The notes below the pieces were generated by a model that was not told the DNA's origin, did not search any database, and saw nothing but the letters and a program-made list of their open reading frames with translations. This document shows, piece after piece, positions 48,700-60,427 of a DNA stretch of 64,000 nucleotides. This DNA is from Takakia lepidozioides (taxonomy: Eukaryota > Plantae > Bryophyta): assembly GCA_030704615.1 (NCBI GenBank), contig CM060734.1:10044001-10108000 (forward strand), in the 5' to 3' direction. How positions within the stretch are numbered: the stretch's first letter is position 1; each line of letters opens with the position of its first letter. A program made the translations under genes and the position numbers.

Positions 48700-51600
48700 C
48701 TATCTGGTTTGGAAATACCTTCTTTCTAATCCCTAATGGAATATGTTTTGGATTTCATCCATACCGGATGAAAACTATATCAGGTACACTCCCTAACTGG
48801 ATGTTTTATTGTCTTGAACTTTACCACTGAGGATGTAGCCTGCAATTTTTCATCCATTACATCATTCCTCGATGTAACCATAACGGATGTAAGCCTAAGA
48901 GGATGTAACCTTAATGAAAGTGCGAAATTTCATTCCCAGTGGATGAAATCGCGGGATGGTTTGCCTAACCGTCTCTTTGCCCTAAGCACAGCACGATACT
49001 CGTGCTTGTTTTCTCTGGTGGAGGGCGATGGCGGCTGAGTGCTCGAGCAGCACGATCTGCGCGCGCTTTGTTTTTTTAATGCGCGATGGCGGCAGGTACT
49101 TCCATTTCCCGTGCTAGCAAACGACCTACTACTGTGTTTGCCTGCAATCGTTCGCATTCATGAAGCAGCGGCGGTTTGATGAGGGAAGGGTCCTGATCCC
49201 AGGTTGAGATAGAAGACCCCCATTTCAGAAGGGCTAGCGATTGAGGGCAGAATTTTACTTCTAGAAGGGATATCAGGTTTTACACATAGAATTCTGCAAT
49301 AATTGGGACGTCTAGGAGAAGAGTAAAATATTATGAAAGGAAGGGGATTTTGGTAGAGACTTACTTGGTGATTGAGAATTTGAACCGGGATTGGTTGGTG
49401 AAGGCAAGACCGGATCAGCCAGGCAAAGGAATTCCTTAAATTGAGTGGGATGACTCTGGGGTGGAGGCTGCACGATGCCTTACTCAGCTGGTGCAGAGTT
49501 GTGATTGGAGTCCGAGGACGTTGACAGGGGAGAGGTGCTCCGAGGATTGTAGGAGGGTCGAGGGGGTTCCAATGCGCGCTGGAGCTCCATCTGCTCATTT
49601 ACTCTTTCCCCTGTGTCCCCAGTCTGGCATAGAGCAGGGTGAATGCTGCGTTTATGAATTCTCTTGATATGATAAGTGCCTTGTTGTTGGTTGGTGGTTG
49701 GTCGAGTGGAGGCTCCTTGATCCAGAGACCTTGGCCTCGCATTTTTCCTTGAAGTAGATCCATCTCTTCCATGAGTGCCAATGTTTGGGTGTTGGGGCTG
49801 AGAGTCGGGCTGAGACCCGGGTATTGTTCAATGTATGACCCCCAGGTGATGATCGTGTCGGGCTGCAGGGTATACCTTGGCAAGTGTGCCCCCAGAAAAC
49901 AGTGGATCCTGTAAGTGAGAGTGCTTATAGGAGAATTTCCCATGGTGTGTATGGCCATTATGTCCTGAACATCCACCGAGGTAATCCAAAGAGATTCCAT
50001 TCCAACTCCATGTCTTGCCGTCGCCAAGAGTGAAGGGGATGGCCCTCTTTTGAAGATGATTGGTGTGATGCAAGCTGCCTTGGGGTTAGCCACCGGTAAT
50101 GGTTGTGAGTAGTCTTTGAGAGTGAGGCGAGGGAAGGTTTGAATGTGAGAACATAATTTAGCAATGATTGGGTTAAGAGCTACTGTGGCACGTGGCTGGG
50201 CTGATACTGGCTGGGGTATTTGGATGTTGGAGCTTAATGGTGGAAGAGGCATTGGGGGCGGGGGGGGGGGCATGATAGGAGGGCCTGCTCTCTGGGGGGC
50301 TGCTGACTTACTCCCAGTGGGAGTTGCGAATATGTTGCTTGGACAGATGGAAGGGTGAAGTTCCCGCCTAGGCCTGAATTGAGAGGGCCCGCCTCGCATA
50401 GCATTGGGTCCGTATAGTTTTTTTTTTTTTTGTAGATAGGAGAGGATGAGCGCTGCAGGAAAGAATCCCAATTGAGTTGAGGTTCCTACTGAGGTAGATT
50501 GATAATCCCAGGTGCAGAAGAAATATTGAGGTGTCTCGTGGGATTGAGAGCCCTTGGATCCGTGGGTTGTGCTGTTTGGTTGACAGGGGTACCCACTTAT
50601 AAGGCTGCCCTGTTTCTTTTGGATTTAGGACAGTCAATTCTCATGTGACTCGTTTGGTCGCAGATGTAGCAGGCAGTAGCAGAAGTGTCTTCAGTCACTT
50701 TAACCGAGAAGAAATTCCCCTCCTCATCAATAGGTAACCGTATGAATTCCGGCAGGATGACATCTGCTGGCATTGCCACTACAATTTTTGGAAAACCCGA
50801 ATCATTGAACCTGGAGACGATGGTGGTGTTTTTCCAAGCCGGGTTCTCCTTGAGTTTCTTTGTGCACATATCTGGATCAAATACGGACATACATCCCAAG
50901 TAGACCCCAAAATGGTTCCCTATATTTGGAAGAAAGAATAAATACTCGTCAAGGATGTATGGTAGAGTAATGATCCTTGGTGCCCATACCTTGCCATTCC
51001 GATTCCCCAATGCTTGCGTCCATGGGAAAATATTGACATTGTGGCCTTGAAGGTGTGGATTAAAGGAGAGGGCCTTGTCTGCCGCTTCCTTGGAGTGAAG
51101 CATGATAGAGTAGAATCCTTTGCTTCTGGTGTGATAGAACTGTTGGGTTATGTCCCATGTGCCTCCCAAGTGCATTATAGCCCAATCTCGGGCGGCGGCC
51201 CGATCCACATTCTTGCCAGGGAAGTGCAAGAGCACCCCATGCCCTTGAATTTCCAACATGTGCCCTTTGAGGTGGGACACATCTACCTTGACAGTCGACG
51301 TGTTTTTGCTCATAGCAAGCTGGAGCTTGGTGATGTCCTGGAGGTGATCAGACTACTGGGTTCTGTTTACCTCTAAAGGTGAATTGGCTGACAGGTCGGT
51401 GTCCTCGCTGTCAGGCGTATCGAGAGAGCGGGGAGTGCCAGTAGATGGAAGCGGGCGGAATGCTGGGTGGTTGCTCGTGAGGGATTGATGTGCCAGGAAA
51501 AACCCGGTGCCAGAGGATGGCTGGGGTCTAAGGATGGCTGGCAGCCTGGAGTGAGGGTGGTGGGTCATGCTGGAGGATGATCCTCTGAGGGGCCTGCTTC

Positions 51601-52560
51601 CTGAGGGGCCCATTATATGGAAGAGAAGTGAGAGGAGTTAGGGGGAAGAGGGCTGGGAGGCCCGGAGAGAGTGAGGGAGAGAGGGAGATGAGCTGCCAAA
51701 GATGAAAATTGAGGGAGGATGCGAGGAGAATTCAGCGAGCAGAGAATGCTTGGGATTCTACGAGCAATTAGAGGTCGCCATGAGCTGGGAAGAGAGCAGA
51801 GGGGGCTGGAAACGTGAGCGAGCTGCGAGTTGTCTTTTCAGCACTCCTTAGGTGCTGCGTGGGAGAGGGACCAGTTATGAATGGTGATAGTCAGAGGTAC
51901 AGGGCTTGGCGGCTGGAGTTAATGGAGGTGGAGAATCATGAGGCTGAGAGATTATTAGCTCAGATGTGGTCGGGGAGGGATGAAGGGTTGATTTCGGTAA
52001 GCGTTGTGGATACAAGCTGGTACTAGGTGGGGGGAGGAACTCAGATGAGGAATTAGCGCATTTCATTTTCATTATGTCAAGTGGTGATGATGGCGACAGG
52101 TCTGGGCCGAGGTTAGAAACGAAAGGCTTGGGATCCACGAGGGGAGGTTCGGGAGACGTGCCCGGAAAGCTGAGAGAGGCTTCGATGAGAGAACCTCTGA
52201 TTGTTTTGGACCTTGAAAAAAACTAGTAATGCCAAGAGAAGGTGAGGAGATTTAGGGAGCTTACAGGTTGAGTAATAGAGCCTTTGGAGCTCAAAGCATG
52301 AGTGCAAGTGAGGTTGAGTAAGCCAGAAGACGCTGAGGCTGAAAGCTTATAGAACTGAAAAAAGATTGTTTTGAATGATTAATAGCTCTCTATAATCGTC
52401 TTTAGCAGTAATGAGCGATTAGAGAGCTTGCAGGCTGTGACCTGGTGCTGGAGGATCTCAAAAACAAGGATGTATGGGGCAGGGAACCGTTGAACGGCTC
52501 TCTCTCTCACAGCCTCTCTCAGCCTCTCTCACCGCAAAAAGCAGAGCTCACATCGCTCAG
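48700..52560 (-). mobile_element. L1-like LINE 5' portion: UTR and degenerate ORF1 (DUF4283-like + CCHC knuckle); no ORF2 seen
   Basis: 50597-51313 contains KGFYSIML..EAADKAL..NP.L....VNIFPW..WAPRIITLP..FL..IGN.FG.Y and CYICDQTSHMRIDC. Pro-rich frames continue to ~49.2 kb. Boundaries are approximate. Confidence 0.75.
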
Positions 52561-54214
52561 CAATTCCAATATTTTAGCAAGTTTTTTTTCGAAAACTCCA
52601 AACTTGCAAGCCCTCTAATTTTAAAACTCTCTTTTTCTTTTTTCGCCTTTTAAACAAATTCGCCAAGGCTACAATCCCACTATTATTTATTAAATAATAA
52701 TAATAATAATAATCTCCAAGTGCACGGCAGCACTTGCTTTGGTTTTGTGAGAAAGGGTTTGGAGGTTTAATTTCCCCTGTCCTCAAGGGCCCGAATTGTC
52801 AGCAGCAGTCGCTCACAGGTTTCCTTTAAATACCCTTTTAATATGATTTAAAGGGCCTCCGTCCCCTTTGAATTCCACGTCAAAAAAAAATAATAAAAAA
52901 AAAAAAATCCTGTCGGGTTATGCTTGTGACACTTTGAAAATTATCATATCAAGGCAGCATCCGTGGGAGGTAGAAGCCTCAAGAGTTTGGCCCTCAAGCG
53001 CCGCAAATACTGAATCAAATTCAGAACATAAGTGCAAAAAGCAGACCATGAAGACAATCTCCCATAATTGAGCACTAAGCATATATTCTCACAAACAATA
53101 TTCTTGGGTCAATTGTGGGTACAAGAGCGATTCTCTTAACAACAAAACATCTGCAGACGTAGTGTCTATGTACAAAAATGAGATCACAATGTGCCTTTCA
53201 CAATTGAAATTGACTACCAGCATTTTGCTGAGGAATGCAGAACTAATGCTGACAATTACAGCACTTGGCCCAACACACTATTCCATGCGACTGTACACGT
53301 CAGGCAACTCTAGTTACTAGATCACAAGTAAACTCCATTGTTTAGGATTTGCATAGAAGAGTTGTTGAGGAATGCGGTGGTGCAATCTACCTTATGCATA
53401 ATGGGATTTTACTGGAAGCCCACTCTCTTTCCAGGCACCCTAGCCACCTCCCATGTCTGTGACCCCTGTGAATTCCTGCCGCACATGAAGTAGGAGACTT
53501 CAACAAAACCACTTTAACAACCACTCTAACAAAAAGTTGATCATGATGCATCAAGACAAAGTCCACTTCTTTTACTTGTGACGTGGGGACGCATGTGGTG
53601 GAAACTGCCAACCACCTACTTAGCACTCAGGGAAGGCAGTATGGGATTCCAAACTGGTAAATTCAATTTTGGTGGGTCCAAAATCTGCCCTCCTTAGCCC
53701 ACAAGCGGATACTTAAAGAAAGAAAAAGAAAGAATAAACACCCACGGGAGGCCCAAAGAGCCCAATGGGGGGAGACAAAAGGAGAGCCAGACAGAGGGAA
53801 ATCTTGATAGAGCGAGAAAATTCACGCCCTGTGACAGGATTTGCACATAATTGGCAACTTTCATCTATAACACGACATCACTGCTATTTGTTTAACTTGG
53901 CAGCAGGGTAGTTGTGTACCGCAGCTCGCAGCTCTGCTGCAGCCATCCATGAGCGGCGTCCACTCTGGCAGGCCTGCACCCACATCACAAGAAATTCAAC
54001 TCTTTCTCAGTATTAAAGGGACCCTTGATGCTCCAGGGTAAGAACAATCCTGAATTCATTAACGTACACTCCACAGATCCTAATCATAAATTATAGGTGT
54101 CAGTTCAAATGGTGTGATTTGGCATCATGCTTTCTCACCCATCAAGACAAGTCAAGAGGCTATGCAAGCCTTTACTCACAAGCACATCTCTTATCTCCTC
54201 TCTCTCTCTCTCCT

Positions 54215-54440
54215 CAAAGGTAGGTTCTGTCTATTTGTGTTCTGCTCAAACTGGGCGTGGGGTCAATGGCCACAAGGCTATGGCAAACAACTTCTTATGC
54301 GTACATTCTCTCTCTCTCCCTCACAAGCAAACCCTGGTGGGTGCGAACCCAACAGGTTCCAGGAGGGTTAGTTTCCTGCGGGGTCAATGGCTGTAAGAAG
54401 CCAAACTTCACAGGGAATGGCATGAGTACATTCTCTCTCA
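54215..54440 (+). mobile_element. Two very short 3'-end fragments of the RTEX-like LINE
   Basis: GCTCAAACTGGGCGTGGGGTCAATGGCCACAAGGCTA..TATGCGTACATTCTCTC, and a second GGGGTCAATGGC..ATGAGTACATTCTCTC. Confidence 0.75.
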
Positions 54441-55583
54441 CAAGCACAAATCCCATGTGATGAAACCTTACCAAATACCTCCAAAATCCCTCCAAAATCT
54501 TGACTCCAATGGTTCACTCCTAGGTCATGAACTCCAGGAATAGATTCAGATGAATCTCGTCGTCCTTGTCAAACTGCCGTGACACCTCCTCTACAAACTT
54601 CAGGTTCTTGCTCATCCCTGCACCCAAACATAAAATTATCTTCCGGTGAGTCTCATGAAGCATTGTCTCAAGTGTAGGTACCGGATAGACATCTGATGCT
54701 AATATGCCCACTTGAACTTGGTAACAACAAGGGGTACAGTAAGCAATCATTGTGTACATTTGGTTAAAACACCTTGAAACCTTCCATAGATATGCAGAAT
54801 CCCTACAAAGTACACATTTTCTACATTATTACCTGATATGACGCCACTATTCCTTCCATCTAAGGACCATCTACTGTGGAAATGCAATGGGTTCTCTGTT
54901 ATAAATTCCTGGAGCCTAAAGGATTGCTAACGTCAAGCTATGGATATTAGCGTAGAAAGAGAATATTAGCACTATAAATTCATCTCCAAAATTAAATGTC
55001 AGAAAACCTCTGTGAGATAGAGGGCTACAAAGAGGAGTTAGAACCTGGGCCAGTTTTGACGAGGTAGGGGATGTTGAGGGAGCCTTCAACATGACTGCCT
55101 GCAAATTCCTCTGGCGTCCTGCACAGATTCACATCATAGGTTTTCCCTGAATTGTCTGACAACTTTCCATACTTCAAGAGCATGAACTCAGAAGGGACAT
55201 GATGGCCGAGCCACTCGAGGAAAGAGAAGCCCCAAGAGCTTTTCAACCCTTTACATGGGCATTGTTACCACTTTCCCATGCAATGACAGAATCAATCTGA
55301 TAACTAGAGTGTGAGAATCCAAGGTGAAACAGATCAAGCAATGAATCCCACCCCTTTACTTTCTCCGGACTGAGCTTAATGAAACTAGTGAAGGGCTTAA
55401 AGAGTCGGTTCTCTCAGCCATAGGAATTTCCCAAGAGATAAAAGCAAAGATTCGAACGGATGCCAACCTGACATTATGGCAAGAAAATAGGGTCAATACT
55501 GTGGTCTAAACAAGCTAAACTGGGACAAGTCTATGTGTCATATTCTTCAAACACTACGAGAGCATAAATTGACCAGGAATAGA

Positions 55584-56362
55584 ATGTACTCATAAGACGT
55601 TGTTTGCCGTAGCCTTGAGGCCATTGACCCCGTGCCCAGTTTGAGCGGAAACCAAAGGGACAGAACCTACCTCTGCCAGGGGCTGACATTGGTAGTAAGA
55701 CTTACCTTTATACATAGAATTGATTCGGGTTTTCCAGATATCCTCTAGAAATCCCTTCACACAAGCATCAATCTGCTGTGTGTGATTTGCCCAAAAACTA
55801 GGCCTCAGAAGGGCCTGGGCTTTTGGCTCAGCCTCGAGACTTTCAAAGTTGGTAAACAGAGGTACCGGCACAATTCTCTTGATAGATTGGGGGAGAGCTT
55901 CTCTCTGGTGAGAGTACCCCGGACAGTGAATCAGAAAATGAATATTGTCTTCGGGTTGCCCACACAACGGGCAATTGCACTCTCCCTTTCCTCTCTGCTT
56001 CTGTTCACTGTTCAAAGGTAGGCTTCCTGCCCTGAGTTTAAATTTCAGTCTGGTGCCGAGAGTGGGTAGACCCTTGAGGTCATCCATGATATCCTCTCCC
56101 ATGTCACGGACTGGAAACAGGTTCAGGGAAGTTTTCTGCCTAACTTCATTTGCATCAGACAATTTTCTGGTAACAGACATGGCTTTGGACACTACAGTCT
56201 CTAAGTCAGATTTATCCAGCAAGGTCAAGACTTGCAGGTCCAGATTCAGATCCTTGAGAATCTCTTCTACTCTCTTCTGCCGGGACTTAGCCTGTTTGAC
56301 AGGGCGGTCCTGTCTCCAAGATATAGAGTCGATTAACTTACATGTGTTGCAACTGACCCCAC
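55584..56362 (-). mobile_element. 5'-truncated RTEX-like LINE in a rhodanese intron
   Basis: Highly similar to 23045-23842. 17-bp TSD AATTGACCAGGAATAGA (55567-55583, 56363-56379). Confidence 0.93.
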
Positions 56363-57849
56363 AATTGACCAGGAATAGAGAATATCCTCAACAATTTGGT
56401 TGACTGGCTAATACCATACCAGAGCTGACAGAGTTCCTTGGCAGGAAGGTAGCAGCTTACTACGTGCTGTATCATATGTTCCCAGACACTGCTCAGTAGC
56501 TCTGTTTCATAAGCTGTTATAATCATCATGGACTCTCCTCTCAAACCATGGACACACACAAGTGACACCGTCACAAACCTTTGTACTTATCCAGAGAATG
56601 AAGCTGGAGCAAACCTGACATCCAGGTAGTGGTGGCCAGCCTTTATAAGCTCATGGGCAACTTGCACCGGAACACTCCGGATGGTCGAGGGTTCTGCCTG
56701 CCTCCCTTTCACTTGCAACCTGCTGAATCCACACTTGCTTTTCAAATACTTTCAAAGACTTACACTGATTAAAAGCTGGATACCAAGAGATATACTATGG
56801 GTAAAATTGACACCTGGCACTAAGTTTCAGACTTGTTTACCAAAGGGAACTAATGCTATCAGGACCTGTGTCTATCATTAGAGGTCAGTTAAAATTAGAC
56901 AGGAATCCTGGGATATATGAGAGATATTACAGAAGGGAGTTGGGAGTATTACCTCATGAGAGACATGAAAGATATGGGATATGAGTGACGAAGAGGAGAA
57001 AGGAGAGAGAAATATACAGCAAAAAGAGAAAGCTATTTAAAAAATAACTATCCACGGTACTGGGGAAGGGGAATAGACGTAGGAGAATGATCTGAACCTC
57101 TCAGTCCACCTATCTTTACTCCTGCACATGCATTATCTCAGTCTTACCTCTCCCTCTCTCCACATTCTCATACAACCACGAACTCATACTGCTCTCAAGC
57201 AATCTTATAAACGCTTCTGCAACTCAAGATGACATGAGACAAACAGAAGGTTACCGAGGGAAAATCGTGAGGATAGTAGGAAGTTTCTCTCAGCTGAGTC
57301 TACAGGACCTGTCATGCTCTTCTTATCCCACAGTTAAAATTACCGAGAGCTGAGATTCAGTGTCGATTGTTGCAATGCTTCTAAACTGAAGCTATTTATT
57401 CTGGTGGATCCCACTGCTATTTGAGACACCCACAGTTTATCTACAAATAAGAGAGATCTCCAATATCACGTGGGATTGTTGAAACAGGACCCTGTGTTGT
57501 GGGGAACAGTCATGAAAGAGGTATATGCATCATATAAGAGATAAAGATGTTGAAATCTTCATATGGCAGCCCGGCAAAAACAACGAACTTGTCCCAATGT
57601 CCATGGACACCTAACCATGATTTTAAGCGTTGCCTAGCATCTTAAGACCTGAGTTGAGGCCCAAAGTCAGAATCAACAGAGACTTCGTTTGTAGCTGGTG
57701 GCAGGTTCCTCTTCACATAATGATATACTTCACGTGGGCATTAAAACATATTTTCTCCTAATAAATTGGGGCTACAATTTACAGTCTGGTCCAATAGATA
57801 GCATACAGAGCTTTCCCTCGGGATGACCAGCACATGAAAGACAATTAGT

Positions 57850-57952
57850 TCGCGTTTTCCACATATCCTCCAGAAAGCCCTTCACACAAGCATCAACCAG
57901 CCGTGTGTGAGCTGCCTGACTCCACTAGGGCCAGGGCTTTACGCTCAGCCTC
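57850..57952 (-). mobile_element. Diverged fragment of the RTEX-like LINE
   Basis: EAERKALAL..W...HT..VDACVKGFLEDMWKTR. Confidence 0.7.
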
Positions 57953-59149
57953 ACATCGCCTTTGCCTTGAAAGCATCGACTCCAAAAACTTTCGATCGAG
58001 GGCAAATACGAAACATTCTCAACACGACTACGATCATCATCCATCTAGCCGTTAAGCTGTGGAGTATAGTAAACGAAGCTTCGATTCCACTGTAGATTTT
58101 CCACCAAAAAGAACCAAAACGCAGTAAACTTGTGATAAGCCTCATGAAATGCACCAGCCAGGATTTCCATTCAACTGAACCAAGCTGAGTCTTTGCTGAG
58201 ACGGAGGAAAGCTTACCTTCGAACTGTGTTGGTACGTGTGCAGGTAGATAGCTGCCTGTGCATGCTCACATGCTTCAATCTCCGCAAGAACGCAGTACAG
58301 ACTCTGATCTGTGAAGGAAAAACCTCACCAGACGAACAGCTCGAACAAGGATGGGCCCGGCTATGACGGAGACTGGGGGCGACAGAGCGCGTGAGAGGGA
58401 GGACGGCAGTGGGGTTTGTCATTTTGCTTCAAGCTCTCTACCGTCAGACACACGTCCAGTTATCAAACAGTCCAAGAACACCAGATACCGCGATCGCCCA
58501 ACACGTAGATTCCCTCCCACTCTTCTCTCTCGCTCTCTAGCAAATGCACACACCTAATCCAGAAGAACTTGTTCCTTTGCAGATCTTTCTCGTCTCCGTC
58601 CACAAAAACCCACTCCGCAAATGATAGCCTCTTCTACCTCCGTTTCCACGGCCGAGATCCAATCGCTCACCACAACCCACGTCTTAATTCTTGCAGGAGA
58701 AAGAGAGGGAATGATAGTCGTACGCTACTGCAGCACCTGTGTGCCCATCTGCACGTCACAAGGAGAAATGTAGTTGTCCTTCATACTTCATACCCGTCCA
58801 CCTCGACAAACCGCCTGTGTCTAAGGGCCGCTTTACACTAGGGCCCAAGCCCAGGAAATCCTGGGCCCAGTTTTTACCACTCTTGGGCTGGTCTTGGGCC
58901 AACTTCAACAGCCATGATCAAAACAAAAACAAAAAAAATTAATACCAAACTTCTTGGGCCAGAGAGTGGAGAGTTTGGTCTCCACTCCATGAGTGTTCCT
59001 TTTACTTGGGCTGGCCCAAGAAGTTGGCGCCAAAACTTGTGCCAAACTTGTGTCATGTAGGTGCCATGTAGACAAATGACCCACTTCGATTCTCTTGGGC
59101 TCCTGCGGTTTACACTAGACATAGGATGGGAGTTGAATGCGCGCATGCG

Positions 59150-60375
59150 AGATCGTGGGCCCCGCTCCCCGGAGCTGGCGGCTTCCGGCGACCTACCGGT
59201 GTCTGCCGGTCAAATCCCCACCCCCCACGCCCGCCCCCTGCCCGTCGCCCGACGCCAGCCCGCCCCGCCCGCTTTCCCCACCCCTCCGCGGCGCTCTCCG
59301 CTCCCCTGTGTCTCAGCTCCCCCCCTCTGCTCCCCCGCTTCGCTTCCCCCCCCCTGGCGCTCTCCGCTCCCCTATGGATGTGCTCCCCTGTTCTGCTCCC
59401 CTATTTCGCTCCCTCCGCGGCGCACTCCGCTCCCCTGTGTCTCCGCTTCCCCCCCCCACTCCGCGGCGCTCTTCGCTCCCCTGTGTCTGTGCTCCCCTGT
59501 TTCGCTCCCCGATGGTACAACGCAACGACACGTGGCTATATCTTCACCATTCATTGGACTATAAGTACGTGTATCGCTTAGGGTCCGGGCCCTTTTGAAG
59601 ATTGGTTGTTTTGTGCGGCTGCTTTCCAACAGCGGCCTGCTTCCGCCACAACAGCAATCCCTCAGCGCTCCCTTGCTCGTCAGCTTTCCAAGAGCTCTGG
59701 TATTGTGCTACTACTGGATTGCCTTATTTGTGTGATGTGCGACCACTTCCTGGTCTGTTGGCGTTCGTACGCAATGTCCCCTTATGTTCCAAAAGGCTTG
59801 CTAGTCTTCCGGATGTTATAGTAGGCTCTCCATCACTGCCAAGTGAGGTTCGAAAGAGTCGTGGTGCTTTCCATTTCATAATGAGGCATTGTGCACAGAC
59901 GGCAGGAGGCTGAGAAGTTGTCGCCCTTTCACCCGTGCTCGTGCTCTAGTTTCGAGTTTGTGCTTCATCGAATATGGGTCCTGCTGGATTGGCCTCCGTT
60001 ATTTTGTGATCTGCGACCACTTCCGGGCCTCTTGACGTTGTGACGTAATGCGTGCCCACGGGAGAACGTCCGTAAGTTGTCGCCCACCACGCAAAATTCC
60101 TCACCGTTGACCTTGCTCCCTTGTTCCGGTCCCCAACCCCCCTGTTCCCTCCCCTGTTCAGCTCCCCTACACCTCCCCCCTGTATGTGAGCTCCCATTTT
60201 CCGTGCCCCCCGCCCTCGCTCCCCTGTTCCGCTCCCCACGGGCCTCGATGCGGTTCTCCGCTCCCCTACTCTTTGCTCCCCTCTTGTGCTCCCCACCCCC
60301 CGTTTTCCCTCCCCTGTACGATTGCTCCCGTGTTGCGCTCCCCTCCCCTGTACGTTTCCGTGTTCCGCTCCCCCA
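59150..60375. repeat. Two C-rich blocks (59150-59515, 60110-60375) of iterated CCGCTCCCC(TGT) motifs
   Basis: More than 15 GCTCCC(C) copies, all on the same strand. Confidence 0.7.
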
Positions 60376-60427
60376 CATCTTATTGTGCACTACTTGAAGT
60401 ATTTCTTGTTCTCGTGCAAGCTCGTGC

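Larger units (their letters stand above)
53392..58422 (-). pseudogene. Single-domain rhodanese/sulfurtransferase (STR15/STR16-like) with transit-peptide-like N-terminus; apparently disrupted
   Basis: Exons 58422-58217, 56719-56615 (SVPVQVAHELIKAGHHYLDVR), 55118-55045 (TPEEFAGSHVEGSLNIPY), 54617-~54553 (MSKNLKFVEEVSRQFDKDDEI), 53973-53920 (ACQSGRRSWMAA) and 53475-53392 (FTGVTDMGGG*GAWKESGLPV). In-frame TAG at 53442-53440 and no in-phase donor after exon 4. Confidence 0.85.
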
